This document shows, piece by piece, positions 42,830-57,107 of a stretch of 64,000 nucleotides of DNA. Position 1 is the stretch's first letter. The number at the start of each line of letters is the position of its first letter. This DNA comes from the human T2T-CHM13v2.0 reference genome, Homo sapiens. Made by a program: the position numbers and the translations under genes. The stretch lies in assembly GCF_009914755.1 (NCBI RefSeq), contig NC_060932.1; one strand, 5' to 3'. The notes under the pieces were generated by a model. That model did not search any database. It was given only the letters and a program-made list of their open reading frames with translations, and was not told the origin of the DNA.

Positions 42830-43133
42830 GCCAGCCACAGTGGCTCATGACTGTAGTTTCAGCACTTTGGGAGGCCAAGGCGAGAGGATCGTTTGAGGCC
42901 AGGAGTTCAAGACCAGCCTGGGCAACATAGCAAGACCCTGTCTCTCCAAAACCAAACAAACAAACAAAAAACGTTTTAAAATTATCTGGACATGGTAACA
43001 TGTACCTGCAGTCCCAGCTACTTTGGAGACTGAGGCAGGAGGACCACTTGAGCCCAGGAGTTCAAGGCTGCAGTGAGTCACGATCATGCCACCCAGCCTG
43101 GGTGACAGAGTGAGACCCTGCCTCTAAAAGAAA
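42830..43133 (+). mobile_element. AluJ
   Basis: CAACATAGCAAGACCCTGTCTC, GAGCCCAGGAGTTCAAGGCTGCAGTGAG. Confidence 0.92.
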
Positions 43134-43527
43134 TAATCATTCTTTTTTGTATGCACTTCACCTCCCAATAATAGTATTTAATTCCTCAAGATAAGCAAAC
43201 AACATGGTGTTCATACGCCTTGAGAGAAAGGACTGTAACTAAGAGAGTCTCGTCGAGTTCAGAGAGTGGTAGATTGTAAGAGTTAAAGGAATTTTTACAG
43301 GTCACAGGCAAACACAAGTGCTATAGCTTGAATTCTGAGGCTTTGATTTAGACGCATTTGGCTGTTTTTCTCAAGGTGACAGAAAAAAAAAGTCATGCAT
43401 TCCTACTCTTTTCTGATTCTTGAAGACAAAACCTGGCCTGGCCTGGGAAGCTGAAATATCTGATGAGTTTGATTTCTTCCCTACAAAATGTTCATGAAAC
43501 ATTTGATCTTCTGATTCATTCTATTCG

Positions 43528-44125
43528 TTTTTAATAGCTTTAAACATACAATAAGTTTTAGGTGTACAATTCATTGGCTGCTAGGAAGTGTACAGAGCTG
43601 TGCAACCATCACTACAATCCAATTTTAAAACATCTCCATCACTCCAGAAAGGAACGCCATGTCTGTCTGCAGGCACTCCTTATGACCACTGCAACTCCCA
43701 GGTTACCATTAATCTACTTTCTGTCACTATCAATTTACCTTTTCTGGACTTTTCCTTTAAGTGGAATTCTACAATATGTGGTCTTTTGTGTCTGGCTGAT
43801 TCTACTTAGCACCATGTTTCTGAGGTTCATAGATGCAGCAGCGTGTGTCAGTACTCCATGCCTTTCCATTGGCCAATAGTATTGTGTTGTGTGGTTATAC
43901 AATTTTTTCTTTCTCTACTCATCAGCTAATGGACATTTGAGTTCTTTCCATTTTCTGGCTAATATAAATAAAACTGTGAATGAACATTTACATACAAGTC
44001 TTCGTGTGAATATATAATTTTATTTTTCTTAGGTAGCTAGAATTGAAATTGCTGGGTCCTATGGTATATTTACATTTAACATTTTAAGACACTGCCAAAC
44101 TTTTCCCAAGCAGCTACACCATCAT
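43528..44125 (-). mobile_element. L1MB-like 3' remnant
   Basis: GTGCAACCATCACTACAATC, GTGGTCTTTTGTGTCTGGCT, GAAATTGCTGGGTCCTATGG. Confidence 0.8.
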
Positions 44126-45269
44126 TCTACCTTAAATTTCCTGAGTACCAGGTAAATGATAATCGTGGTGTTTTGAACAGGACTACATTTGCTAACCAAA
44201 ATAGAACATAAATTTCTGCCAGCTCTTAGCTCTTACCAGTTAATATACTTCCATCACTCTATCATTTCATATTATCCCATCTATTGCTAAAGTGATATAA
44301 TCTGATAAGCAAAATTGATCTGTAGAGACGCTAAAATTAAATGCTAGTTACTTGGAACTATTTGGAGATTCAAATTCAAATGGGCCATTAAAAGTTACCT
44401 TTCTTTTTTTTGTAAATCTGCTTAAAAAACCCCAGAAGCATTCATATCACTCCTACATTTCTTCCGAAAATTTCCATCAACATGGTAAAGAGATCGAGAC
44501 TAATAAGTACAATTATATGACACAGAGATCCTTCAGCAAGCCATCTCTGTAAAGAGGCATAAGGGAGTCCATCGATCTAGTCTTTAGAGCAGAGTGACAT
44601 TTCTGTGAAAAACAATATTTTATGTCAGACTGTTGCTTGAGTAGTCCATGAAGGATAAAGAAACAAGGAAACTAAACACTGTTCACAGATCAACAAATGT
44701 CTTTTCTCCTCAAGTGAATTCTGCATTGTCAAACTCAGCAAAGCCAAGATATAACCATGACGTTAAACAGAGTTCTTAATTCAGCTTTTCACAAAGAGAG
44801 AAATCTAAATTTCACTTATATTTTTTTAAAAGAAAATCTACATTGAATGGAAGAGCAAGGCCTCCACCTAGTGGATAGTTCGAAAATTTTGTTTTTTACA
44901 GTCTCATTAGGCATTTATATGGTAAAATGTCATAATGGATATATAGAGTGAACGACAAAACAGAAATGTCGCTAATTAGCTCTCACTTACTAACGAAGCC
45001 AGTTAAAACTTGAAAATAATTTCACAATCTTTCAGGGAGACAGGGAAAGGTACAGTCACCAATAATACATTTAGAAATAAATGTAGGCAATAAAAGAAAG
45101 TGAGACGAGGCAAACTTTTAAAGGTATGAAGAACATTTAGCTAGATGATTAAAAATTTGTGTGTATAAAAAATCCTCAAGACCACATGAATTACCATATT
45201 GATGTTCCTCAGTTTCAGGCAATCAATGGGGTTATTTTCCACCATCAGCTCTGTAGATAGCACAGATTT

Positions 45270-45438
45270 TTCTTCTTTTTTTTTTCAGACAGACTCTTGC
45301 TCTGTTGCCCAGTCTAGAGTGAGCAAGCAGCCTCTCACTAGAGTTCACTGCAGCCTGGAGTTCCTGGGGTCAAGTAATCCTCCTGCCTCAGCCCGCCAGA
45401 GCGCTGGTATTACAGATGTGAACCACTGCATCTGGCCA
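45270..45438 (-). mobile_element. Alu monomer (FRAM/AluJ-derived)
   Basis: GACAGACTCTTGCTCTGTTGCCCAG...GTAATCCTCCTGCCTCAGCC...CTGGCC. Confidence 0.8.
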
Positions 45439-45846
45439 ACTGTGCTTTTAAATCATGTCACTTTACAAAGCAATTATAGGAATCTTATAACCATATATGA
45501 TAATTTCCAAATTGTATGGCTACTATAAGTTGATTAAAAGTCTAGAGAACAACAGATTTGAGGCTTATAATTGTACTGTAATGCATGCTTTATTCATTAG
45601 GATCTCAGCACGTAGGCAGACATTAAACAAAACTTATGCTAACATTTGAGGACTCACTGTATTCTAGGCACTGGTAAGGGCTTGATATAAATTATCTTCT
45701 ATAATCCCCAAAACAATCCTATTCTTCCCCCTTGGTACGGATGAAGAAATTGTGCCTTCACCACAGAAATAGCAGAGCTGGAATTTGTTCCAGGAAGTCA
45801 GACTCCAGAGGCCACGTTCTTAAGCTCTGAATGAAAACAGAAAAAA

Positions 45847-45900
45847 GCACAATAAAAAGTGAACGCACATTGAGAAATGTGCGTTCACTTTATATTGTGC
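45847..45900. repeat. Near-perfect inverted repeat (25-bp arms, 4-nt loop)
   Basis: GCACAATAAAAAGTGAACGCACATT-GAGA-AATGTGCGTTCACTTTATATTGTGC, one mismatch. Confidence 0.95.
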
Positions 45901-46094
45901 TGTTTTTAAGGAGAAAGCGTATACTGTTCTAATTTATATTACTTATTTGCTAATTTTCAAGAAATTTCAAACTTCCCATTTCAGTGTTAGAACTGAAGTG
46001 AGAATCAGAAGCCCTGAGCTCTTTTTCCGTCTCTACCGCCCCTTTGACATCAGACCAGTTTTTGACCCTTCTAATAAAATGACCTGTATCCTTG

Positions 46095-46441
46095 TGATAT
46101 GGTTTGGCTCTGTATCCCCACCCAAATCACATCTTGTATCTCCCAAATTCCCATGTGTTGTGGGAGGAACCCTGTGGGAGATAATGGAATCATGGGGGCG
46201 GGTCTTTCCCGTGCTGTTCTCCTGATGGTGAATAAGTCTCACGAGATCTGATGGCTTTAAAAACGGGAATTTTCCTGTGCAAGCTCTCTTCTCTTGTCTG
46301 CCACCACGTGAGACATGCCTTTCACCTTCCGCCATGATTGTGAGGCCTCCCCAGCCACGTGGAACTCTAAGTCCATTAAACCTCTTTCTTTTTTAAAGTG
46401 CCCAGCCCGGGGTATGTCTTTATCAGCAGCGTGAAAACAGA
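46095..46441 (+). mobile_element. THE1A-like solo LTR
   Basis: TGATATGGTTTGGCTCTG...GTGAAAACAGA; CCTTG on both sides; terminal CTAATACA missing. Confidence 0.9.
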
Positions 46442-47973
46442 CCTTGTCTAGTGCTCTTGGTATTGAAGCCTTGTGGTGCTGTATTGAAGTCAATGGGGAT
46501 ATAATAGGTCATCCCTAAGTGGATATGTTCCTCATGCCCACTGCAAGGCAACCATAACAGAGTATAAAACATGAGCCCAAACTTCCATGTATAAAAAAAG
46601 TGCACTTGAGAGAGCATGAAGATCATTTGGTTCAACATCCCTGTCTCTGTATTTCCTTTGCCTTATAATATCGTTGACTAGGACTCAGTGATTCCCCACA
46701 GCGGTGCTTTTAGCCTTTGACGCAATTCTTGGTTGTTGAGGATTATCCCATGATTGGAAGATAGTTAACATCTTTGGCCCCACCTTCAAAATGCTACTAG
46801 AGCGCTGCACATTTTCAAACACATACCTAGGAAAAAACAGTAAAACCTTTCGTCAAAAACCATGCGAAAACTCCTAGAATCTTTATCTCTCACTCAGCCC
46901 AGAGATTGTCAACAATAGAGAAACATCACGGAAGACAAAAAACCCACAGGCACTTTGAGTCCACCAGTCAACAGCCTATACTGATTGCTGGTGGGGTTCC
47001 CTGTATCCAGCGAGGAAGACAGAATGCAAAGCCAAGAAAGGTACATGAAATGTGTGGTAGTGGTTCCTCTTGTGATCAAGCAGCTTTAGAGATTGGCATT
47101 GAAAATATAGAACTATGATTTATGATCTTCAACATGAAAATGATCATTGATGCGACACAGAAAAATACAAAACAGGATTGACGGCCACAATGTGTATATG
47201 TGTTGTGAGTGTAAAGGGTAGAATATTTCAGACTCTCTGTGTTAACCAAAAATAAAATTATTTTCTTGTTTTTCTGTAACTCAACCTCAATTTGAACACA
47301 CTATTTCACATAATAACAGAAATTTGGTCTAATCATTCAAAACAAACTCCAAGGTTTTCTCAGTCATTTCTTACGTAATCTCAATATTCTCTCTCTTTCA
47401 TTCCTTTTCCATTTGTGGAGGTGAGAGGCTAATAATAGTAATAATTATAACAATAGCTAAAATATTAAGCTACTATTAACTTCTTAAGGTGCAATCCCTC
47501 CCTCACACCACTCCCTGCTTTCTCATCCCCAGACAGCTGATCTTCTTTCTATCGTGATAGATTAGTCTGCATTTTTATATGTCATTTTATATAAATTGAA
47601 TCATACCATATGTACTCTTTTTGTTTGGCTTCATTCACTCAACATAATTTTTTTGAGATTCATTCATATTGTTGCTTGTATTAATAATTCATTCCTTTTT
47701 ATTGTGTGAATATACCTCATTCCATTAAACAGGTAATGGAAATTTTGGTTGTTTCCAGTTTGTAACCATCACAAATAGAGTCTCTGTGAATATTAAGGTA
47801 CAACCTGTTTGGTGGACATATGTTTCCACTTTCCTTCTACTCTTCCTAGAAGTGGAATGCAGGGGTCATACGGTAGGTGTTCATACATCTTTCTAAGAAA
47901 ATGCCAAACTGTTTTCCAAAGTGATTTTATTATTTTACATTCACACCAGTAATGTATAAGAGTTTACAGTCCC

Positions 47974-48270
47974 TCCAGCAAACTAACAAGGAACAGAAAA
48001 CCAAACACCACATGTTTTCACTCATAAGCGGGAGTTGAACGATGAGAACATATGGACACACGGAGGGGTACATCACACATCGGGGCCTATCAGGTGGTTG
48101 GGGGCAAGGGTAGGGAAAACATTAGGACAAATATCTAATGCATGTGGGGCTTAAAACCTAGATCATGGGTTGACAGGTGCAGCAAACCACCATGGCACAT
48201 GTATACCTATGTAACAAACCTGCACGTTCTGCATATGTATCCCAGAACTTAAAGTAAAATTAAAAATAAA
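47974..48270 (+). mobile_element. L1PA (PA8-PA10-like) 3' end
   Basis: CAGCAAACTAAC..GAACAGAAAACCAAACACC...CCCAGAACTTAAAGTAAAATTAAAAA; TSD-like AA(G/A)AGTTTACAG(T/C)CC. Confidence 0.9.
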
Positions 48271-48718
48271 AAAGTTTACAGCCCCCCAATATGTAATATG
48301 CTCAGACTTTTAAAATTTCTGTCATTTCAGTGGGTGAGTAGTGATAACTCATTGTGGTGGAATTTTCATTTCCCTAGTGACTAATGATCTTAAGCCTCTT
48401 TTGATGTGTTTATTTATCATCTGTATAACTCCTTTGATAAAACATCTGTTTGTATATCTTGCCCATTTTCTACTATGCTATTTCTTTTTATTAGACATTT
48501 TTATGTTCTAATTACAAGTTATTTATCTGATTCATGTTTGCAATATTTTTCCTGGTTTATTTGCTTAACAGAATAAACTGTTTTAGATGGTAATGCACAA
48601 TATTAATTTTTTTCTCTTATGAATTGTGTTTCTGGTGTTGTATTTAAGAAATATTTTCCAAGGCCAAGACCACTAAAGTTTTCTCCTATGTTATCGTCTA
48701 GAAGTCCTATACTTTTGA

Positions 48719-49024
<306 letters not shown>

Positions 49025-49489
49025 TAGGGTTTATATTTAAGTCTATGAACCATTTCAATATAATTTTTGTTGATATTGGGAGGTAAGAGTTGAGTATTGG
49101 GTTTCTGCATGTGGCTACGTGATTGTTCCCAAACCATTTGTTGAAAAGATTATACTTTTCCCATTAAACGCATTCCACTTACCTATTTTTCTATCCTTAC
49201 ACCAAAATCACACTCTCTTGCTCACTGCAGATTTATATGCTAAGTTTTAAAATCAGTTAATGAAGACCTCCAACTTTCTTCTTTTTCAAAGTTGTTTTGG
49301 AATTTCTACGTCCTTTGCATTTCTATATAAATGTTAGAATAATGTTGTTAATTGCCTGAAAAAAAGGCTTTCTAAGGATTTGGTTATCATTGTGTTACAC
49401 ATGTAGATCATTTGGGGGATAATTAATAATAACATTGAAACTTATGATCCAAACACTGTATATTCTCCAATTATTTAGGCCTTCTTTAA

Positions 49490-49880
<391 letters not shown>

Positions 49881-50421
49881 TCCAATGCTGTTTTTAATGT
49901 ACTTTTTAAATTTATATTCCTAATTGTTTGCCACCCATATATACAAATACAATTTAATTTTGTATTTATATCTTGTCATCTCTAGATATAATTGGTTTTA
50001 CTTCTTCTTTTTTTATCGGCATGACTTTTGTTTGTTTTTCTTGCCTATGGCATTGGATAGAACCTCTAGTACGATAACTGAGCAAAAGCAATTAAAGCAG
50101 ACATCCTTATTTTCTTTCTATCCTTAGAAGGAAAGCATTAAGTCTTTCACCATTAAGTTTGATGTTAACTGTAGGTTTCTCACAGATACCCTTTATTAAG
50201 GTTAACACAGCTTCTTTCTCTGCTAATTGTTTTTTTCAGAAATGAATGTTGGATTTTGCCAAAGCTTCTTCCACATCTACTGAGGTGATCATATGGTTCT
50301 TTTGTAATCTGTTAATGTGGTGAATTACATAGGTTGATTTTCAGTGTGAAACCAACTCTGCAGTCTTGGATGAATTCTACTGGATCATTATGTGATATCT
50401 TTTTAAAATACTGTTAGGTTT

Positions 50422-50717
50422 GGCGGGGCATTGTGGCTCACACCTGTAATCCCAACAGTTTGGGAGGCCAAGGTGGGTGGATCACTTGAGGCCAGGAGTC
50501 TGAGACCAGTCTGGCCAACATGGTGAAACCCCATCTCCACTAAAAATACAAAAATTAACTAGTGCCCACCTGTAATCCCAACTACTTGGGAGACTGAGGC
50601 AGAAGAATTGCTTGAATCCAGGAGGCAAAGGTTGCAACGAGCCAAGATCGCCACTGCACGCCAGCCTGGGTAACACAGCGAGACTCTGTCTCAAAAAAAA
50701 AAAAAAAAAAAAAAAAA
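50422..50717 (+). mobile_element. AluS with internal deletions
   Basis: Sense dimer, poly(A). Confidence 0.92.
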
Positions 50718-51746
50718 TTGTTGGGTTCAATTTACTAAACTTTTTGCAAAATTTGTGCATCCATCTTTATTTAGCCATTGGTTTGTAGTTCCCTAGAAAT
50801 TTCTTTGGAAAGATTTTCTGGAAAAGGTTGTATTGAATTGGTACTATTTACTTGACATGATTAACACATATTCACATATTTTAACTCTTAATCTCCATGA
50901 AAACAGTATGAAGCAGACCATTATCATGATTTTACACAGTGATTAATTCACTTGCCCAAGGGTCATAACTTATAAATCATGGGGCCAGAATTAAAACTTT
51001 GTCAGTCTAATAAAGACGCACTACTTCACTATACTAATTTCAATTACAGTCAAAATGAAATCAATACCTTTAATATATAAGTAGTATATGTTTGGTAATC
51101 TCATTTAAGCTTCATTGTTCATAGACTGAGATCTTGGCAGAAAGAGTGGAGGACCTTTGCTAAGGATACATCTAGCTCTTTGGAAATAACAGTATCTAAC
51201 AGCATGTTAAAATAGGAAACTTCTTGCCCCAGCTTTTGGTGAGGTCCCCAAAGGCTCAGAAACAAAATTAAAGGTTCAAATTTGCAAAAATGATGTTTAA
51301 AAACTGTTTTTATGAGCCTTAGTTAACAATCAGTCAAGGGTTGGTAGTAGAAGAGGCTGAAATATGTGAAAGCTGGATAATTGAGGCATTCTCCCACCTA
51401 CTCCTCTTTGCCATAAGTCTAAAAAGAGGAGATTCGAGAAGACCACCTGTAGAGCTACCTATTGTGTGAGAAGCAAAGAAGCTGGTGTCTGACTCAAGGC
51501 TGACTAGAGCAAATGCAAAAATCCATCCTGTGAGCTGCTTGCAATGTCAGGACAAGAAAAGCACAGCAAAGAAGGCAGCTATTCTTTCATAATTTAGATG
51601 GGCAATGATGCACGAGTTGCCTGAGAGAAAAATGGATGATCAAGAAGAAGTTCAACAGGTCAAAGTCCCCTGAAGAGCTCATTCCCAAAAAATAAAAATA
51701 AGAAACAAAACAAACAGCCAGGGTAAGGGGACCTCAGCAAAAAGAA

Positions 51747-52350
51747 GCTATGGGTGGTACCTTTGGGTATTGATGCCTGTTGTGAGACCTCGATTCTTTT
51801 CTTCTTAGTTTGAAATAATTTACACAAGCAACACACAGGAAAAGAGATGCAACATAGAGTAATTTATTGCAAAGGAAAAAAAATATTTTGAAAGTTAAGT
51901 GCAGAATAGGCAATACACACTGAGAGGGGAGTCAGAGTGACCTGCCCGTGAGGATGAGACAGCAAAGACTGGCACTAGGGAGACTCCCTTTATGGGAATC
52001 TTACGTAATCATCCATGAGCAAGTGGGAAGAGGTGTCTGGGTGTTCCTCTGGGCACACATGCACAGTAGCTGTACATGCCTGTTCATATGTCACGTGTCT
52101 CATTAGCATCTTAAATCTCCACCCAGGGTGTGTGTTTTTTAGTATTATAGTGAGCACAGGGTCAGTCTGAGGACAGATAAAATCAAAGTGCACATGCTCC
52201 CTACCGGGGAAATTCCCTACTGGAGATAGCTTTGCTTGAATAAGCTGGACTACAGTGCAAATGTGGGGGGTTATTGTTTTGACTGTATGGTCACCATGAT
52301 GGATGCATCCCAAGGACATGGCTATTTCCACGACTACCTATCCTGCCCCA
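51747..52350 (-). mobile_element. ERV1 MER4-group solo LTR (LTR29/MER66-like)
   Basis: Minus strand begins TGGGGCAGGATAGGTAGTC; contains AATAAA polyA signal and GATTTAAGATGCTAATGAGAC motif; left end approximate. Confidence 0.65.
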
Positions 52351-52566
52351 CAGAGGCTCTGAGGATGAATCACAAGAAGTTAGCTGGAGAGTGAATCTCC
52401 CACATGAGAGGATTGGAGCAGAGGGCAGCCAAGAATTCACCCTGCAAAAAAAAACCTATTTGAACATCCATCATTCTCAAAGAAAAAAAAACAATGGTAT
52501 ATCTACTACGTATGCTTCATTTAAAAATTTTGAATTATTATCCATAAGTATGACTGGTCATAGGAG

Positions 52567-52568
<2 letters not shown>

Positions 52569-52608
<40 letters not shown>
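52569..52608. repeat. (TG)n microsatellite
   Basis: Direct. Confidence 0.97.
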
Positions 52609-52609
<1 letters not shown>

Positions 52610-55600
52610 TTTGTTAGGTTTTGATAATGCGTTTATGTTGGCTTTGTACAAGGAATTTTCTGTTGTGGCCCAAGTAATAATGTTTTCTTACAGTCTTACC
52701 ATCTTAGATGAGACTTAAAGAGGCCCAGAGAACAGCCTGTGTTCTTGGTAAAACCACCTTTCCTACTCACTCTCACCTACAAACCCCTACAGCATTCTCA
52801 ATGACCACAGTAAAGTAACTTACAGGCCATTGAGAAAAAGGAGTCTATTATATGGAACATATAATCACTATTCCCTCGTTGCTCCTGAGAACCCAACATT
52901 ATGCCTTCATTCCATTCACCTCAACAATCCAATCTTATCAAGCACACTGCTCTACCAGATTTTTAACCTCCTAACACTTTGTACATCCACAATCTAAATC
53001 CAATACCCCACCTCTCCCAAATCCCCTATATTCCTTCTCTGAAACTCATATTCATCAGTGTAGTCTATAATATCTTCACCCTCTTTTCTGAGCATTATTC
53101 GTCCTTCTTCATGAACGCAGTCTGTCTTCTATGGACTCTGATATTCTGTAACTCTTTCAAGTAGAGGTGATTTTTTCTCCATACTATATGTGCCACCAAA
53201 CCTAAAGGTAGATTAGATGTCAGACTTTTTCCTCCTTGCTACATCCAAACATCTTACCCCCTACTTCTTAAAACCCCCTTGATAATTCAGAGCACATGCC
53301 ATCAGAACATGACACGCTTAATGTACTGAGAACTGTAGCACTCAGCACGTGACTTTCTTTCAACTGCTATCATCAACTTAGGTAAGTCGCTATGCCTGTA
53401 GAGTCAACACCTTGCCCCTCCAGTTTCTTGACCTTTTTGCTTTCAATAATTTTCTTCTACATCCTGCCTCTTCCACCAACAACTACATCATCTTCAATAT
53501 CTGGGTTTTGATCACCCCTGTCTCTGATAATTACTTCCTCTGATGACTTCCAATTAAGTTGGAATTATGATCACTGGAATTATGGAATGGATATGGAATT
53601 ATAATAATTCCAATAAGCTTCACTCCTATTACTCAAGGTAATGTCAAACTCACTGTATCTGTCAATCCACTAAGCTGGCCACTTTTTTATGCTACAACAC
53701 GCATCTCACGCCCTCCCTTCCCTCCTTACCCAGCTTAGATCCCATGACCTACCATTATAATGACTACCACACATACCCTCAGCCCCTTCATCCACTTTTT
53801 CTTCTTTACACTCATCTAACAAAACATCAACCCTAACTAAATTCAATTCCAAGTACAACTCTAAGTTCTACATGTTTATTAATCTCTTAATTGATTGGAT
53901 TTCTACATTAAGTACTTTTTCCAGGAAGAATCATGGATGTCGTATTCCCTAGGTCCTTGCATTTTCAAGATCATCCATCTGTAATCTTCACACCTGAACT
54001 GAAACGAGCCAGGTATAAATATTCTTATTGATATTTTCTTTCTCTCTCAACAGTCTAGATACTCTTCCACTGTCCTCTGGCACTGAAAGGTTGTGTGGAA
54101 AAGTTCTGAAACCAGTCTGATGTTTAGTTCATTGTTTAGTTCATTTTTTCCCTTGAATCCTGAATATTTAATTATCCCTAAGAATCAGTAACTTTGCCTT
54201 ATGTAGATTGATATTTATGGAACATGGTGCACCTTTCCATTTTCAGATGTTAAAACTTACTAATTTCTTTATAGTGGAAAAGTTGAGGGGGGGTTGTTTT
54301 CTCATTATATCTTGGAATATTTTTCGGTGTTTTTTTAAAATCCAGAAAAGGTTAATTGTTTTTTATATTGACCATGTTTTCTGTAAATTCTTTCATGCTT
54401 TATCTTTTTACTTTGCATTATCCGAGTTATTTCCAGCCTGTTTGTCATTGGTTTAATTTTCAACAATGCCTACCTCACTATTTTTTATTAGTTCCAATAT
54501 TATGTCTTTTTATACTCAATTCATTTCCCTAGTTCTCCCATACTATTCTCTTGTCTGTTATCTTTTCATCTTTGAGTTTTGGTTTTATATAGTCTATACA
54601 CTTTATAATTTCTTTAAAAATGCAAAGCATTAGTTGTGAATGTTTTTCTTTTGTTTTCTAGGGCGTGTTCTCATTTAGAGTACTACGCATGAGAAGGTCA
54701 TTTATTTCATTTTTTAAATAATCATAGGAACTTCTCATAGTTGTTATCCTGTCTCTTCTCATTTCACTCATATTAGACAAGGCAGCTCTTCTCTTTGCCC
54801 ATGTGTGAGCTCTCCTTGAATCTCTTCTTATCTGCGATCTAAGAGTGTTGTCTTACCTTCAGATGGTCAACGTGAAGAATGGGTATTGATAGGTCACACT
54901 CACTCTGCTCTTTGTTTATCTGAGATTGAGAAGCTAGAGAGAGGAAGCTATGGGCAGTTAGGAAGAAGTTGGTCTCTTCTCTATTTTCCTATTGATTTTA
55001 TAAAATCCTGTTCTGTATTTTGTTTTTTCTAGTGAAATGTTGACTTCTCTCCTTAATTCAGAGTGAGCTGCTGAATCTTCCCTCTACAAAATATCACTCA
55101 TTCTTACTAGGCTTTATTCCTCTTTCCACTGAATATTGAGCTTCTAAGTTCAAATGGGAGTCTTTCAGGCTAGCCATTAACTTTTCCTGTTCTGTAAATG
55201 CCAAGATAAAATATTATGAGAGATTAAATTAGTAAATCTAGTTAGATTTTTTCTTATAATGAAAATACAAGCTGGAAAATTGGAGAATGCTGTACAACCC
55301 TTCCAAACTCCAACATGTTCATAAGCTCAACTTTCTTAAATTGATATTAATATTGTCATTTCTTACTAACAAGGACTGCAGATAAGCTTTAGGGACTCTT
55401 TTTTCCTTTCTTTCTTTTTATTTCAACCTGTTGACATATAGGCAACATGTCCACTATACCATGATTTTAAGTGCTCCTTTCAAATTCATATCTAGCCCTT
55501 CTTCCTAATCCATTTTGGGGGTAAAAAGTTGCTGAGTTCAAAGTCCTAACATCCTAAAGGACTTCTTTCTAAATTAAGTGCCATAAAGTTCTTATCAAAG

Positions 55601-55784
55601 AATATATGGATTTACGCTATCAAAGGCTTCCATAGAAACCTCTAATTTGACTCAAATGAAAAGTTTAGTCCTTTTAAAATGAAAACATTAAAGCAATAAG
55701 GTGAAAGCATCACTTCCATTGATTTAGTAACCAGTGACTTCTAAGTGACTTTTAAATTTGAATCTCTTTTAAAAACCAGAAACA

Positions 55785-56087
55785 GGCCGGGCACGGTGGT
55801 TCACACCTGTAATCCCAGCACTGTGGGAGGCCAAGGCGGGCGGATCACGAGGTTAGGAGATCGAGACCATCCTGGCTAACACAGCGAAACCCTGTCTCTA
55901 CTAAAAATAAAAAAAACTAACCGGGAGTGGTGGTGGGTGCCCGTAGTCCCAGCTACTCAGGAGGCTGAGGCAGGAGAATGGTGTGAACCCGGGAGGCGGA
56001 TCTTACAGTGAGTCGAGATCGCGCCACTGCACTCCGGCCTGGGCAACAGAGCGAGACTCTGTCTCAAAAAAATAAATAAATAAAAAT
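55785..56087 (+). mobile_element. AluY
   Basis: GGATCACGAGG..AGGAGATCGAGACCATCCTGGCTAACAC, GAATGGTGTGAACCCGG; 14-bp TSD AAAAACCAGAAACA. Confidence 0.95.
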
Positions 56088-56769
56088 AAAAACCAGAAAC
56101 ATACTGGCAAATTCCGGTAGTCTACCTTTATATGGACACTGTATTCTCACTTCAAATCCAGTAGGGCCAAAAGAAAACTCATATTCTCCCTGTTGAACTG
56201 GTGTCTTTTTCTGATTCGTCATCTATAACATTTCTGCCATTATATATACACAATGAAGCTTAACAATCTTCTTTATTTCTCCCTTTATCAAAGAGTTCAT
56301 TGGTTAATCAGTCACTCAGTTCTAAAGATTTTTCTCCACCTTGGGAATTAAATCATATTTCTTCCTGTCCGTTCACACACACATACCACTGAGAAATGCG
56401 AGCCCAGGTTACTTTTCTCCCAATCTCCCAAGCTATCTTAATAACAGCCAATCTCCTCATGATTAGGCTCTCACTTTGCCATCCCAATTAAAGTTTTGAC
56501 CATGTCACCACCAACTTAAAAAACGTTCCATGGTTCTCCAATACCTTCTCAACCTCCTTTTGTTGTTTCAATATCCCCCACGATCTGGTCCAATCTCCCT
56601 GTCAACATCATCTCACAAAAGTATACACAGTCAAGCCACAATGCTTTATTCACTATTCTCCAACCACATTTCATGTCTTTCATGATGACACTTCTTCTGT
56701 CGAGGCTCCTGTGTTTATTGCCACACTATTCACAGTAGGAAAGATATGAATCAACACGTGTGTTCATCA

Positions 56770-57017
56770 GGCCCGGCGCAGTGGCTCACGCCTGTAATCC
56801 CAGCACTTTGGGAGGACAAGACTGGCGGCTCACGAGGTCAGGAGATCGAGATCATCCTGGCTAACACGGTGAAACCCCGTCTCTACTAAAAATAAAAAAA
56901 AAATTAGCCAGGCTTGGTGGTGGGCGCCTGTAGTCCCAGCTACTCGGGAGTCTGAGACCGGAGAATGGCGTGAACCTGGAGGTGGAGCTTGCAGTGAGCC
57001 GAGATCACGCCAAAAAA
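56770..57017 (+). mobile_element. AluY lacking its last ~40 nt
   Basis: Ends GAGATCACGCC-AAAAAA; TSD GTGTTCATCA (56760-56769, 57018-57027). Confidence 0.92.
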
Positions 57018-57053
57018 GTGTTCATCAATGGATAATGAGATAAACAAAATGTG

Positions 57054-57066
57054 GTGTGTGTGTGTG

Positions 57067-57106
<40 letters not shown>
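57054..57106. repeat. (TG)n(CG)n(CA)n compound microsatellite
   Basis: Direct. Confidence 0.95.
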
Positions 57107-57107
<1 letters not shown>

